64,000 nucleotides of DNA from the human T2T-CHM13v2.0 reference genome, Homo sapiens (GCF_009914755.1 NC_060928.1), one strand, 5' to 3'. Counted from the stretch's first letter, positions 1-13,389 are shown. Notes: a model not told the origin generated them from the letters alone. Numbers and translations: made by a program.

Positions 1-534
1 CAACTTTCTCCTACTACAACTCACAATTATAGTAGACAGTAACAGGTATGGGTTGATTAGCTGGGCATATGTTGATTCAGAGAGGCTTTTTATAAGAGGA
101 AACCTTTGATTTTAAGACATGAGTAGGGTTTTCCTAAATTGATGAAAGAAAAAATGGAATTCCAGCATACAGACCATCTTGCACCATTGGCACCCCTCCC
201 TGCCCCCGTGGAAACCAGGGCTCTCGGTGTACTTGCCCTTTCTGAAACATCCCTGGCTGTTTCCTGTCTCCCTGATTTCCTGTGTTGTTACCTGCGCTTG
301 AACTGCCCTTTCTGCTTATGTCTACAGGAAAAAGAAAAGCTTGCCGCAAGTCTCTTCTCCTCCACAAAACCTTTGCAGACCTTTGTAGGCAGAGATGACT
401 ACTCCTCCCTCATGACCGTATCTGCATTCCAGTAAAAATAATGATGGGTTCTTTGGGGCTTCATATATACAGTATTGGTATATATCTGAAATATACATTT
501 GTGAAATATGTATGCCAAATATAAATAGATAGAT

Positions 535-660
535 AAAATCTCATTCAATTCTTACAGCAACTCTGCATTATTATCCCCATTTACCCCCAAGCTTCCTGAA
601 CAGAGGCTTGGAGAGTTTAAGCAAGATTATTCAGCTCCTAAGTTTGGACCAAGACTCAAA
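535..660 (-). mobile_element. MIR fragment
   Basis: ATTATTATCCCCATTT...CAGAGGCTTGGAGAGTTTAAG resembles the antisense MIR core; boundaries approximate. Confidence 0.55.
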
Positions 661-3189
661 TTATTGCCTCCTCTTTCAGACACTACAAAAGGCTTTCTAT
701 AGTATAATGCCTATGCCCTCCGATTCATATACCTAACTGCCTCCCCTTCTATCAGGGCCTGGCTCTGAGTTGAAATCCAGTGCACATCTGTTGAATGGAA
801 TTGATTTGAAGAGAGCTGGCAATTAGAAGACTTGGAAGATGGCTCTCAGATGATGGGACAAGGTGCTTCAGAATGAAAGATGAATTAGGGAAGCAGGCAC
901 CAATTAGCAGAGGATGCTACAGCCTATGATAAGGAGCTTTAATTTGATAGGAGACAATTGGGAGCCATTCATCCTGCAGCTCAGAGAAAGCCATTGACAA
1001 GCCCCTAATGACACTCAGGGGCCTTTGAAACCTTTAATTGCTAACGGCAATTTTGCTATTTCCGTGTAGAAGTGACACAGGAGGATGAGCTCGCAGCCGC
1101 CATATGCACCCAGGCTGCACTGCCCACAGCAAGGTCACTGTAGGAGCATCCCTCCTCTCCTCTGTGCACAGCAGAAACACTGCAAGTGAGCCCAGGTCAC
1201 TTTCCTTATGTGTCCCTGAACCCCAGGTAAAGGCCCCCCTGCCTCCCATATCCCCATGCCTTACTTACATGGCTCTTGGGTTATAAGGAGCCCTCATATC
1301 ACTGTTTCTCTTCTGCAACTTCTGCTCCCCACCTTTGCCCCACTAGTTAACCCCCAGGTCTCCATCCAAAGAAAGGATTCACAGCTTCCAGAATTTCAGT
1401 TCCAGTGAGGCAAAATGCTGCTCTTCCTCTCCCATCACCACTTTAAAACACCACCAGGTCAAGACCAGTGTGGAAAAGGGGGAAGGAGGCTATGAAATCC
1501 TGCTGATAGAGAAGTCATGGGGGACTGTTTTGTGTTTTTATCTTTTATTTTTCCAAGTTTTGGATCCCTTCCCTTCTTCCATCTGGCACAAAAGCACTTG
1601 GAGGCCAGTATCTGGACCTGGCCTTCAAAAGCCAGTGAGTGTCAACAGGAGAACGGATTCCAGACGCACGGGACAATGGCCTTTTCAAGGCACAGAATGC
1701 TGCTCAGTATTGTACGGTTTGCATGTGATGCAGCTTCTTGAATGCACACAAACACTCCCATTTTCACCAGCTCCATGATGGTGACTTATTTACTGCTGAA
1801 GATCCCAGGGCCGATTCAAACTGCAAACATCTATCCCCACCCCAAAAGGGAAGAAAAAAAAAAAAACCTGACAACAACAAAAAGCCACATATGAAAAAGG
1901 AAAAGCCAACCAGTGTGCGACTGTGGGACTGGAACTCTGAAGTGGGCACCAGGTGCATTAATTACACTTGATTGCGTGTTGGTTTATGACTGCAGTCACT
2001 TGTGTGCTATGTTCTTGCCCCGCAGCATCTGTGCCGAAGGATGTCCTTGATATTTCACTAAGCAAGATGAATATTGGCCAGATGGTGACTTCACAAGGAC
2101 ATAATTCACATAGCATTTTCCTGCCCCGACACAGATTTCTGTGAAGGAATCTTGAATGCCACGCTGAACAAAACAGAACAAGAAAACTCAATGCCCCGAG
2201 AAGGCTCAGTCGTCGTAAGTTGAAGATTAATGGTCTCCACAGTGATGCCGACAGCAGCCCAAATGGCAGCCGGATCCCAGGCTCATGCTGCAGATCTTGC
2301 CAACCCATCTCTCTGTCGCTTGCAGAGTGAGCTGACATCATCTGAGGCATCTCCAATTCACTTGAGGGGGGAAGGGCACTCCCTGGGCCCCAAAAACACA
2401 CACCACAGGAAACTGGGTCATTTACTTTTTAAAATGATTAATTTTGTGTAGTGACAGGCTTCGTCAGTACCTGCGTGCTTGGTAATTTTATTTTGATGGT
2501 GACCAAGTGAAGAACGTGCCCTAGGCTCCAGCAGCGAGCTCATTCTGGTGCCCTGGAAGGGGAAAATGGGAGAGAAGCAAATCTCTCTCCTTGGAAACTC
2601 TTAGCAACACCGAGAAGCCCTGGTATTATCAGGCCGCCAGCAAGTAAGCAAAATGGCCCAGTTCCGAGTTGCTTTAGGAAAGTTCTTACTCCCTGAGAGT
2701 ACTATGTAGCTGACCTACATGGAGTTAAAAAGGTAGGCATTACACACTTGTCAGTGGTATTTTAAATGTGGTAAGCCTGTCTGGAATTTGTAAAATTTCT
2801 ACAACCTACACATTTGAGTCCTGAACCATGAAATAAAGATATGGAGAGTGAAGGTCATCCTGCTACTAAAGAAGGTCAACCCAAGACAGTCTGAAAGCAA
2901 TAGAAGTAGGGGGCCGGGGTGTCACATTCCTGAGGTCTCTGTGTGCAGACTGCCCATGTCCTAGTGATGTGGAGTCAAGACACAAGACATGTCCTCAAGC
3001 AGGACCAAAATCATCCCTTCAAAATCACATCGCCATGTTGAATGGTTGCTGTTTGTTTGTTTAGAAGGAATAAATAATAGTGATAAAAGGGATGGAGGCT
3101 ATTTCTTGTACACCCACTGCGTGTGAGACTCCCTGCTGCACACGCCCCCAGTAACTCCTACAGCCCTCTGCAAGGTGTACCCATCGAGA

Positions 3190-3410
3190 GATTGTGCCCC
3201 CGCATCAGACTGCCTGCTCTGCCACCTTCTGCTGCGTGACCTCACACAACTGACTTAACCGCTCTGAAAGTCAGTTCCCTCGTGGGTTAAACAGAAATAA
3301 GAAGAGAACCTAGTTCACAAGCTGGTAAGGACTGAATGAAAGAATGCTTTGAAAGCTTGGTAGAGAGGCTGTCATACACCAAGTGCTCAAAAAAGTCAGC
3401 AATCATTATT
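3190..3410 (+). mobile_element. MIR
   Basis: CTCTGCCAC...GTGACCTC...CTTAACC...CAGTTCCCTC...AAGTGCTCAAAAAAGTCAGC follows MIR sense architecture. Confidence 0.6.
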
Positions 3411-3783
3411 ACTCAGCATGCGTAGCTCTGGAAGTGAAACAGATTCTCACAAACTCTACCAAAGGGTACCTCATTCTTACACGATAAAAATAAGACCAGG
3501 CCTTCCTAGGCTGCTGCCTCCTGCCTCCTGCTAGGATGCAAATTCATGGCCAAAAACCCAGTGACAACAGTCCCTCCTTTACCAGCACTATTTGGCAGGC
3601 CAAGCTTTGGCAAACAGCCCACCATACCCATTAAAAAAAAACCACCATTGTTTCATCTGGAGGCTTTTTGATCCCCCTAAATAAAATGTTACCACCCTCC
3701 CCACCCCACCCCCAGGACAGATTCAGCCTGCAGGGGAGCCAGCTCCTCCTGCTATGTCACTCCAGCCAGGCAGGCCAGGCAGG

Positions 3784-3794
3784 ATGACTCAGCA
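3784..3794 (+). promoter_or_regulatory. Perfect antioxidant response element (NRF2/sMAF/BACH1; embedded AP-1 site)
   Basis: ATGACTCAGCA followed by GAAAA matches RTGACTCAGCA; motif only, function not shown. Confidence 0.4.
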
Positions 3795-4104
3795 GAAAAG
3801 AGCCTGCTGCGGGGTCCGCCCACCCTCGGGTCAGCTGCGGCCAGAAAAGGAAGGCCTCTGTGAGACAAACAGAAAAGGACACTGCTCAGGTCCCCTGGGT
3901 GCAAAGCATCCTTTGTCTGTGGGGACTTCAGACAGGAACCGCCCATGTTGACATTTCAGCTGGCAGAGCAGGCTTGGCCTGGCTGGGAGAGGCAGGAACC
4001 CCTGCAGAGGCTACAAAAGATAGTCCACACTTCTTTAGCCCAGCCAGATACCACAGTCCCTGTCCTCTGTACGTATTAATATACATAACCTCAGACTTAT
4101 GCGT

Positions 4105-4215
4105 TTTCTATTATTATCCCTACTTTTGAGATGGGGACACTAAAGCACAGAGAAGGCAAATAACTTGTCCAGGGTAACACAGCCATGAAGTGGGGAAGCA
4201 GGGCTTACACCAAAG
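4105..4215 (-). mobile_element. MIR fragment
   Basis: TTATTATCCCTACTTTTGAGATGGGGACACTAAAGCACAGAGAAGG...AACTTGTCCAGGGTAACACAGC. Confidence 0.65.
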
Positions 4216-4874
4216 AGTTGTGGCTTCCAAGCAGGTGCACACAGCATCCAGGTCTGTCCTTCTGGCTGCATGTTATTCCCTCCCTCTGCTCTGCTGCTTC
4301 TCGGGAGCTCAGAGCCGAAGGCAGCATTTCATGGTTTCTGGAGCCTGGCTCCCTTCCTCCATCCCCTTCACTGCCCAATTACAGGACTCACCCTCTCTTC
4401 CCTGGATGCCATCACTACCTTCTAACCAGTTCTCCTTCCACCCAGGTTCACTCTTCTTGACCATCTCATCTCCCATTTGATGCTCCAGCAGCAAATACTG
4501 CTTGGAGGGCCCTACACATGCAGAGCTGGCATCACCCATGCCTTGGCTGGCTCATGCTGTCCTGATTGCCCAGAACACCTTTCTTTTCCAGCCTCTGCAT
4601 GCTCGACTGCTCCTGTAGGACTCACCACCTCCAGGAATCTATTTCCCTTTCCTCAGGCTGGATGAAGTGGCTGGTTGAAGCTCACAGAACATCCAGTGCA
4701 TATTTCTTGTGTGGCATTTTAGGACCGAGAACTTATCTATGACTTTGCATCTCCCATGCTGGGCATCATCCCTGACATCTAGGATGTGCTCCATAAAAGT
4801 CTGTTACATAATGCAAATAAAGGTGGTCTCCATCAGTACTACCAGTCAACATGCTCTACCACTGCAAATCCATG

Positions 4875-5250
4875 GAGGGTGCATGTGGTTATTGAAAATG
4901 CTGCTCTCTAAAAACTTCTAGTTCTCTGCCTTCCAGGCCCACAGTAGAATGGCCCTCCCTTGTTCTGTGAGGTTGGGAGAGGGCCATGTGGTCAGCTCTG
5001 GCCAATAAGATGTGAGCGGAAGTGAGTGATGTCACTTCAGTTGAGCATTCAATTACAGGGGTGAGATGCCCAGAGCAGCATTTCCTCCCTTATGGTGACC
5101 CAACATGGGAGATGGTGGCTGCTCCATCAACCTGAGGCCCCAAGTGATTGCAAGAAGGAAACTTTGCAATGAATATATAATGTGACCAGGAGGTAAACCT
5201 TTGTTGTTTTGAAGCCCCTGAATTTATTTTTTAGCATAACTTATCTAATC
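4875..5250 (+). mobile_element. MaLR solo LTR (MLT1I/J-like)
   Basis: GGCCATGTGG...TCTGGCCAATAAGATGTGAGCGGAAGTGA...TGTCACTTC and 3' AAACCTTTGTTGTTTT...AGCATAACTTATCTAATCCTGA are typical of old MLT1 LTRs. Confidence 0.6.
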
Positions 5251-5439
5251 CTGAAGGGAATAACTCGAATCTGTTATTAACTCATAAATGTTGTTTTGAA
5301 CATTTGCCAAGAATGGTCTTTCAAATAGAAGGTGGGATGCAACACCTAACATTCATTCATAATAGTAAACACAACAAGAACTAGCAAAGATTAATGAGTG
5401 ATTTAGAAATAAATAAATGGTCACGGATGTTCTTTGTGT

Positions 5440-5660
5440 TTCCAATCAGTACATTCATCTACCAAGCACGCTCAGCCCTTTTATCCTTTTGCTCCTCACC
5501 ACAAGCCTGAACAAGACTCAGGGCATACATTGTCCACTCCATTTGGAGAAAACTGTGTCTCAGAGAAGATGTTACCTGCCCAAGGTCACACAGCAAGAAA
5601 AGTTGGATCAGAGCTGGGTTTTCTGACTCCAAGCCTAAGAGTCTTCATCCTGAACCAGAC
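5440..5660 (-). mobile_element. MIR
   Basis: GAGAAAACTGTGTCTCAGAGA...CTGCCCAAGGTCACACAGC...CTGACTCCAAGCC. Confidence 0.65.
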
Positions 5661-7685
5661 CTCCAAATGCACAGGGCTTTAAAATTTTATGACCTGTAAA
5701 GTAAAATTTGAGCCAATCTAAGGAAAAAAAATCAAATGCTGAATCATTTATAAAGGACTTAGTCTTTTGATTCTAAAGCATTCATAAATGGTAAGAGTCA
5801 TATTTTACTGTTCTTTTTATCATAATTCTTGTCATTTTTATAGCAAATAAATATTCAGATACTATAGAAATGGTATCACGAAATTAATAACTGCCATTTG
5901 GTTGTGGTGATAGATGATCAGTGGCCCTGTTGGAGCCTGAACCAGAGGGCAGTTGGTGGTAACTTGAGAAAATGTTTGGGAATTCCAGTCTGTTCTCCAG
6001 CCACCTTGGTGTACATCACTCATGCCCAAATAATCAGATGTTTTTTGAGGTCAACTGCATATAGATTCAAGGTGGTGGTCCTAAGAGCACCATCTGGGGC
6101 CCAAAGGACTTTAGAAAGGTATCTTTGATCTTAAATGAGGCCCAATTCATGTAAGAGTCAGAGATGAGGGGACACTTTGGAACGATGGTCCTTCTTCAGC
6201 AAATTTTTTTTGTTCCTGTTTTCCCTTTGGCTTCAGGGTGTTCTGTAGTCCTCTTTCACCTTCTCCTCGCTGAGCTTGCCAGGTGTCTCCACTTTCTCCT
6301 ATTGTCCCTATGATTCTGTTGTACATTAGACTTGCTCCTCAATATCTTCAGACTGCAGGCTTCCTCTCCTCTGAATTCTATTGGTGACGTGATCTACTAG
6401 GAGAAGCTGACTTCTTCCACCATCACCAAGTCACCCTGCCAGGATGGTGCTTCTGAATTGCTCACACCCAGGACATCATTTGGCAATGGCAATGGGGTAC
6501 AGGAGAGTTCTTGTAAAACAAAACTTTTGTTTTAGAGTCTTGACTTAATAAAATGACACCATTCTCCCTTCACTCCTTTTCTCTCTCTCTCTGTTTGTCC
6601 CTCCCACTCCCTTTCCTCTCCTTTCCTTTCTCTCTCTAATTCCAAAATGCAGTTGTAATAAAATGGGCATTGGCTTTCATTGTAGGGTTGGGTGCTTGTG
6701 GCCAGTTCTCCTATTGAGTTTGTTCTACCTTGACTTTTATTACTATTTTAATGATAAGACCTCAAAGAGAGGCTCAGGATCAGAGAATGAGCTCAACAAA
6801 AGAGGATTGATGTAACTGCTGACCTCACCTTGCACCTGAGGTAGGATGGACCAGACTCCCCAGTTCTTGTGTGCCGGGATTCCCCATTGAAATTTGTAAC
6901 CCAAGTGCCTCAGTAATAAACCATGTAGACTGGTCCAGAGCATTGTCTCTGTCAACTTCCCTGTGTGACCAATGGCAACAGTAAACAGCTGGTTGCAATT
7001 TAGAGATCTGTCATCCTCATGATCACTCTATTTACTTTTCAAAAATAACTAACATCTTCAATTATCACCTCTGAAATGACTTCAATGTCTTTATCTTTAT
7101 TCCCAGTTGAATTTGAATGATTCAATTCTTGCTTCCAATATTAATAAACAGAGATAGAAATAGAGATAGATAGGGAGCATGCACTTACTGAGCATCACCC
7201 ACTGCTATGCACTTTAGATGCTTCATCTTAGTTCACCTTTAAAGCCATCAGATGATTAAATAACTTCTCTAAAGTCACACAGCTAGGGGTGGTGGAATTG
7301 ATAGAACCCTGGAGTCTGCCTCGAGGGCCCATGGTCTTACCACCACACTTTATACACCTTCTAGGTCAACCTAATATCCCACCATCTACAAACTCAACCA
7401 GCCCAAACTCCAGCTGGGTCCTCCTAAGTGCTTTCCTTTATAAAATCCACTTTTCGTCATGCAGACTGGCCACCCAGGCTTCACATATTGCCTTCATCCT
7501 TATCTCTTCTTTCTCCTCTCCCCCACCATCCGCTGAGTCACTGAAGCTTGTTGTTTCTTCCCTTGTGGAGTTCTTCACCCTTCCCTTTCTTTCTCATTTC
7601 ACTGCCACCCCTCAAGTTTAGTTCTTCCTGATGTCATGTCTGAACTAATGTAACTGCCTCCTGATTGATTTCCCTGATTCCACCC

Positions 7686-8117
7686 TGATATGGTTTAGAT
7701 CTGTGTCCCCACTGAAATATCATGTCAAAATGTAATTAATCCCCAGTGTTGGAGGTGGGGCCTGGTGGGAGGTGATTGGATCTATGTTTTTGCAGTACAT
7801 GTGGTATTTGGTCCTTCATAAATGGTTTAGCACTATTGCCTTGGTGCTATTCTGGGTGATACTGAGTGAGTGAGTTATTATGACATCTGGTTCTTTAAAA
7901 GTGTGTAGCACGTTCCCCTTCTCTCTCACTGCTGCTCTGGCCATGTAAGATGTACCTGCTTCCCCTTTGCCTTCTGCCATGATTGTAAGTTTCCTGGGGC
8001 CTCCCAGCCATGCTTCCTGTACAGCCTGTGGAAGCATGAGCCAATTAAACCTCTTTTCTTTTTAAATTACCCAGTCTCAAGTATTTCTTTGTAGCAATGC
8101 TAGAGAGGACTAATATA
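7686..8117 (+). mobile_element. MaLR solo LTR (MSTA/MSTB-like) within an L2-like relic
   Basis: Starts TGATATGGTTTAGATCTGTGTCCCC, ends ACCCAGTCTCAAGTATTTCTTTGTAGCAATG...GACTAATATA; 5-bp TSD CACCC/CTCCC (4/5). Confidence 0.85.
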
Positions 8118-8319
8118 CTCCCTTCATCCTAAACTTAGAACTTGATGAATCTCCCTGGAGCATCACTCTCTGCACATCAGCTTCTCCATGCTTAGAATCT
8201 CCAGGAGTGCCACATTTGATAAAGTCCATCGCTTTCCCCAGCCTTCTCTGGTAGAATTCTCATCACCTACCATACTTGTTAAGAAGCCATTGTTTCTTCA
8301 ACTACCCACATGTATTCTG

Positions 8320-8360
8320 GTGTTTTGTTTTGTTTTGTTTTGGTTGTTTGTTTGTTTTTT
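8320..8360. repeat. (GTTTT/GTTT)n simple repeat
   Basis: Directly visible. Confidence 0.8.
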
Positions 8361-8455
8361 ACCTCAGTGTAACTTTGAACTTCCGGTTCAATAAGATATA
8401 CATATACGCACATATAATATACATAGAGAGAGACAAATCCCAGAGCCATTATCTT

Positions 8456-11400
8456 GTATTTTATTTTATTTTTCCATAAGTTATTGGGGTACAGGTGGTA
8501 TTTGGTTACATGAGTAAGTTCTTTAGCAGTGATTTGTGAGATTTTGGTGCAACCATAACCCCAGCAGTATACACTGCACCATATTTGTAGTCTTTTATCC
8601 CTTGCCCCACTCCCACTCTTCCCCCCAAGTCCCCAAAGTCCATTGTACCATTCTTATGTCTTTGCATCCTCATAGATTAGCTCCCACATAACAGTGAGAA
8701 CATATGATGTTTGGTTTTCCATTACATCACTTATAATAATAGTCTTCAATCTCATCCAGGTCACTGTAAATGCTGTTAATTCATTCCTTTTTATAGCTGT
8801 GTAGTATTCCGTTATATATATATATGTATACCACAGTTTCTTTATCCACTCGTTGACTGATGGGCATTTGGATTGGTTCCATGATTTTGCAATTGTGAAT
8901 TGTGCTGCTATAAACATGCGTGTGCAAGTATCTTTTTCGAAAAATGACTTCTTTTCCTCTGGGTAGATATGCAGTAGTGGGATTGCTGGATCAAATGGTA
9001 GTTCTACTTTTAGTTCTTTAAGGAATCTCCACACTGTTTTCCATAGTGGCTGTACTAGTTTGCATTCTCACCAGCAGTGGAGAAGTGTACCCTGTTGACT
9101 GCATCCACGCCAACATCGACTGTTTTTTTTTATTTTTTTGATTATGGCCACTCTTGCAGGAGTAAGGTGATATCACATTGTGGTTTTGATTTGCTTTCCC
9201 TGATCATTAGTGACTTTGAGCATTTTTTCATATGTTTGTTGGCCATTTGTATATCTTCTTTTGAGAATTGTCTATTCACATCCTTAGCCCACTTTTTGAT
9301 AGGATTGTTTGTTTTTTTCTTACTGATCTGTTTGAGTTCATTGTAGATTCTGGATATTAGTCCTTTGTCAGATGTATAGATTGTGAAGATTTTCTCCCAC
9401 TCTGTGGGTTGCCTGTTTACTCTGATGACTGTTGCTTTCGCTGTGCAAAAGCTCTTTAGTTTAATTAGGTCCCAGTAATTCATCTTTGTCTTTATAGCAT
9501 TTGCTTTTGGGTTCTTGGTCATGAAATCCTTGCCTAAGCCAATGTCTAGAAGGGGTTTTTCAATGTTATCTACTAGGATTTCTATAGTTTCAGGTCTTAG
9601 GTTTAAGTCCTTAATCCATCTTGAGCTGATTTTTGTATAAGGTGAGAGATGAGGATCCAGTTTCATTCTCCTACATGTGGCTGGCCAATTATCCCAGCAT
9701 CGTTTGTTGAAAAGGGTACCCTTTCCCCACTTTATGTTTTTGTTTGCTTTGTTGAAGATCAGTTGGCTGTAAGTATTTGGGTTTATCTCTAGGTTCTCCA
9801 TTCCATCCCATTGGTCTATGTGCCTATTTTTGTACCAGTATCATGCCATTTTGGTGACTATGGCCTTATAGGATACTTTGAAATCAGGTAGTGTGATGTC
9901 TTCACATTTGTTCTTTTTGCTTAGTCTTGCTTTGGCTATGCAGGCTCTTTTTTGTCTCCATATACATTTTAGAATTGTTTTTTCTAATTCTGTGAAGAAT
10001 GATGGTGGTATTCTGATGGGGATTGCATTGAATTTGTAGATTGCTTTTGGCAGTATGGTCATTTTCACAATATTGATTCTACCCATCCATGAGCATAGGA
10101 TATGTTTCCATTTGTTTGTGTCATCTATGATTTCTTTCAGCAGTGTTTTGTAGTTTTCCTTGCAGAGGTCTTTCGACTTCTTTGTTAGATATATTCCTAG
10201 GAGTTGAGTTCTTGATTCGATTCTCTGCTTGGTTACTGTTGATGTACAGAAGAGCTACTGAGTTGTGTACGTTAATCTTGTATCCAGAAACTGCTGAATT
10301 CTTTTATCAGTTCTAGGAGCTTTCTAGAGGAGTCCGTTGGGTTTTCAAAGTAAACGATCACATAGTCAGCAAACAGTGACACTTTGACTTCCTCTTTACC
10401 AATTTGGATGCCCTTTATTTCTTTCTCTTGTCTGATTGCTCTGGCTAGGACTTCCAGTACTATGTTGAAGAGGAGTGATGGGAGTGGGCACCCTTGGTTC
10501 ATCCTCTGTTCCAGTTCTCAGAGTGAATGCTTTCAATTTTTCCCCATTCAGCATTATGTTGGCTGTGGGTTTGTCATAGATGTCTTTTATTAGGTTAAGG
10601 TAGGTCCCTCGTATGCTGATTTTGCTGAGAGTTTTAATCATAAAGGGATGCTGGATTTTGTCGAATGCTTTTTCTGCATCTATTGAGATGATCATGTGAT
10701 TTTTGTTTTTAATTCTGTTTATTCAGTGTATCACATTTATTGACTTGCATATGTTAACAATCCCTGCATCCGTGGTATGAAGCCAACTTGATCAAGGTGG
10801 ACTATCTTTTTGATATGTTGTTGGATTCGGTTAGCTAGTATTTTGTTAAGGATTTTAGCATCTAAGTTCATCAAGAATATAGGTCTCTAGTTTTCTTTTT
10901 TGGTTATGTCCTTTCCTGGTTTTGGTATTAGGGTGATGGTGGCTTCATAGAATGAATTAGAGAGGGTTCCTTCTTTCTCTGTGTTTTGGAATAGTGTCGA
11001 AAGTATTGGTACCAAATCTTCTTTGAATGTCTGGTAGAATTCTGCTGTGAATCCGTCTGGTCCTGGACTTCTTTTGTTGGTAATTTTTTAATTACCATTT
11101 CAATCTCGCTGCTTGTTATTGGTCTGTTCAGGGTATCTAATTCTTCCTGATTTAAGCTAGGAGGGTTGTATTTTCCCAGGAATTTATCCATCTCTTCTAG
11201 GTTTTCTAGTTTATGTGCATAAAGGTGTTCATAGTAGCCTTGAATGATCTTTTGTATTGCAGCGGTGTCAGTTGCAGTATCACCTGTTTTGTTTCTTAGT
11301 GAGGTTATTTGGATTTTCTCTCTTCTTGGTTAATCTTGCTAATGGTCTATCAATTTTATTTATTTTTTTTCAAAGAACCAGCTTTTTGTTTCACTTATTT

Positions 11401-13389
11401 TTTGTATTTTTTCTTGTTTCGATTTCATTTAGTTTTGCTCTGATCTTGGTTATTTTCCTTCTTCTGCTGGGTTTGGGTTTGGTTTGTTCTTGTTTCTCTA
11501 GTTCCTTGAGGTGTGACCTTAGATTGTCTGTTTGTGCTCTTTCAGACTTTTTGATGTAGGTGTTTAGGGCTATGCACTTTCCTCTTATCACCACCTTTGC
11601 TCTATCCCAGAGGTTGTGATAGGTTGTATCATTATTGTCATTCAGTTCAAATAATTTTTTAATTTCCATCTTCATTTTGTTTTTGACCCAGCACTCATTC
11701 AGGAGCAGGTTATTTAATTTCCATGTATTTGCATGGTTTTCAAGGTTCCTTTCGGAGTTGATTTCCAGTTTTATTCCACTGTGGTCTGAGACAGTGTTTG
11801 ATATCATTTCAATTTTCTTAAATTTATCGAGGCTCATTTTATGGCCTATCACATCGTCTGTCTTGGAGAAAGTTCCATGCCCTGTTGAATAGAATGTGTA
11901 TTCTGTGGTTGTTGGATGGAATGTTCTGTATATATCTGTTAAGTCCATTTGTTCCAAGGTATAGTTTAAATCCATTGTTTCTTTGTTGACGTTCTGTCTT
12001 GATGACCTGTCTAGTGCTGTCAGTGGAGTATTGAAGTCCTCCACTATTATTGTGTTGCTGTCTATCTCATTTCTTAGGTCTGTTAGTAATCTGGGAACTA
12101 CAGTGTTAGGTCATATATGTTTAGGACTATGATATTTTCCTATTGGACAAGGCCTTTTACCATTATACACTGTTTCTCTTTGTCTCTTTTCTCCACTATT
12201 GCTTTAAAGTTTGTTTTGTCTGACATGACAATAACTACCCCTGCTGACTTTTGGTGTCCATTTGCATTTAATGCCTTTTTCCACCCTTTAACTTTATGTG
12301 AGTCCTCATGTGTTAGGGAGTCTCTTGCTCTATTTTTGTGCTGATTGGCCTCCTGCTAGGAGGTGGCGCTTTCCAGAAAGCATCAGCTATAGTAGTGTGG
12401 AGAGGGACCAGTGGTGGGCGGGGCCCTAAAACTCCCAAGATTATATGTCCTTTGGCTTCCACTACCAGGGTGGATAGGGAAGGACCATCAGGTGGGGGTG
12501 GGGCTAGGCATGTCTGAGCTCAGACTCTCCTTGGGCAAGTCTTGCTGCAGTTGCTGTTGGGGATGGGAGTGAGATTCTCAGGTCACTGGAGTTGTGCACC
12601 TAAGAGGATTATGGCTGCCTCTGCTGAGTCATGCAGGTTGTCAGCAAACGGGAAAAGCCGGTAGTCACAGGCCTCACCAAGCTCCCATGCAAACTGAAGG
12701 GCCTCGCTCCACCGTGTCCCCCGCAACAGCCCCAAGTCTGTTTCCTGGTGGAGTGTGAAAGGGGCTTGAAAACTTGCCGGAGGCTATCTGCCTCCCAGCA
12801 GCTAGAGAAAAGGGCTTTATTCTCCCCCTCCCTGTGAAGTCTGCACACCTGATTCACGCCCTCCCCTGAGTTCTGGCCAGGAGGCTTCAAGCCCTGTTCA
12901 AATTGTTACAGAGTTCAGCTAGAGAATTCCTTCTCCCTGTGGAGTTTTACCCCCTGCTCCTCTGGCCACCCTCCTGATGGATCCCTGTGGTGTCAGGCAG
13001 GAATGGGCTGCTTGGGGGTCCAGTGAGCTCCCAGGGCCTTTCTGCTGCTTCCTCTACCCCTGTATTTTGCTTAGCTCTCTAACTTGACTCAGCTCCAGAT
13101 AAACTTAGAAACTTCTCCCGCAAACAGACCTTCAGCTTCTCCAGTGGTGGGTGTGTTCAGGAGAGGGGGGTCTCCCTTTCCCACTTCCACAGTTGGGGAA
13201 CTCACAGTATTTGGGGTGTCTCCTAGGTCCTGCAGGGGCAACTCACTTTCTTCAGAGAGTCTGTGGGTCCTCTTGGGATTGCTAGTTTGTTCTTGCAGTG
13301 GATCTGCAGCTAAAATTCACAGTGTAAGCCTCCGCATGCTGCTCTGTCCAGAGCTGGAATCTAGTCCTGCCTCCCGTCCACCATCTCTC
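8456..13389 (-). mobile_element. LINE-1, L1PB1-like with L1PBa-type 5'UTR; ORF1 deleted internally
   Basis: 3' end TTTCCATAAGTTATTGGGGTACAGGTGGTATTTGG; minus-strand ORF2 fragments in the track ([26 protein letters not shown]); GC-richer 5'UTR 12328-13389 ending GCCTCCCGTCCACCATCTCTC; possible degenerate TSD CCAT..TATCTT. Confidence 0.9.
8690..12327 (-). pseudogene. Disrupted L1 ORF2 (endonuclease/reverse transcriptase) of the L1PB1 copy
   Basis: Broken frames 11391-12044 (EN), 10928-11191, 10396-10695 and 10272-10502 (RT), 9841-10086, 9142-9801, 8654-9034; many frameshifts and stops. Confidence 0.85.

Noticed and set aside
1958-2401. 147-aa minus-strand ORF in unique DNA
   Set aside because: Non-ATG start and no recognisable domain; the region is better explained as non-coding
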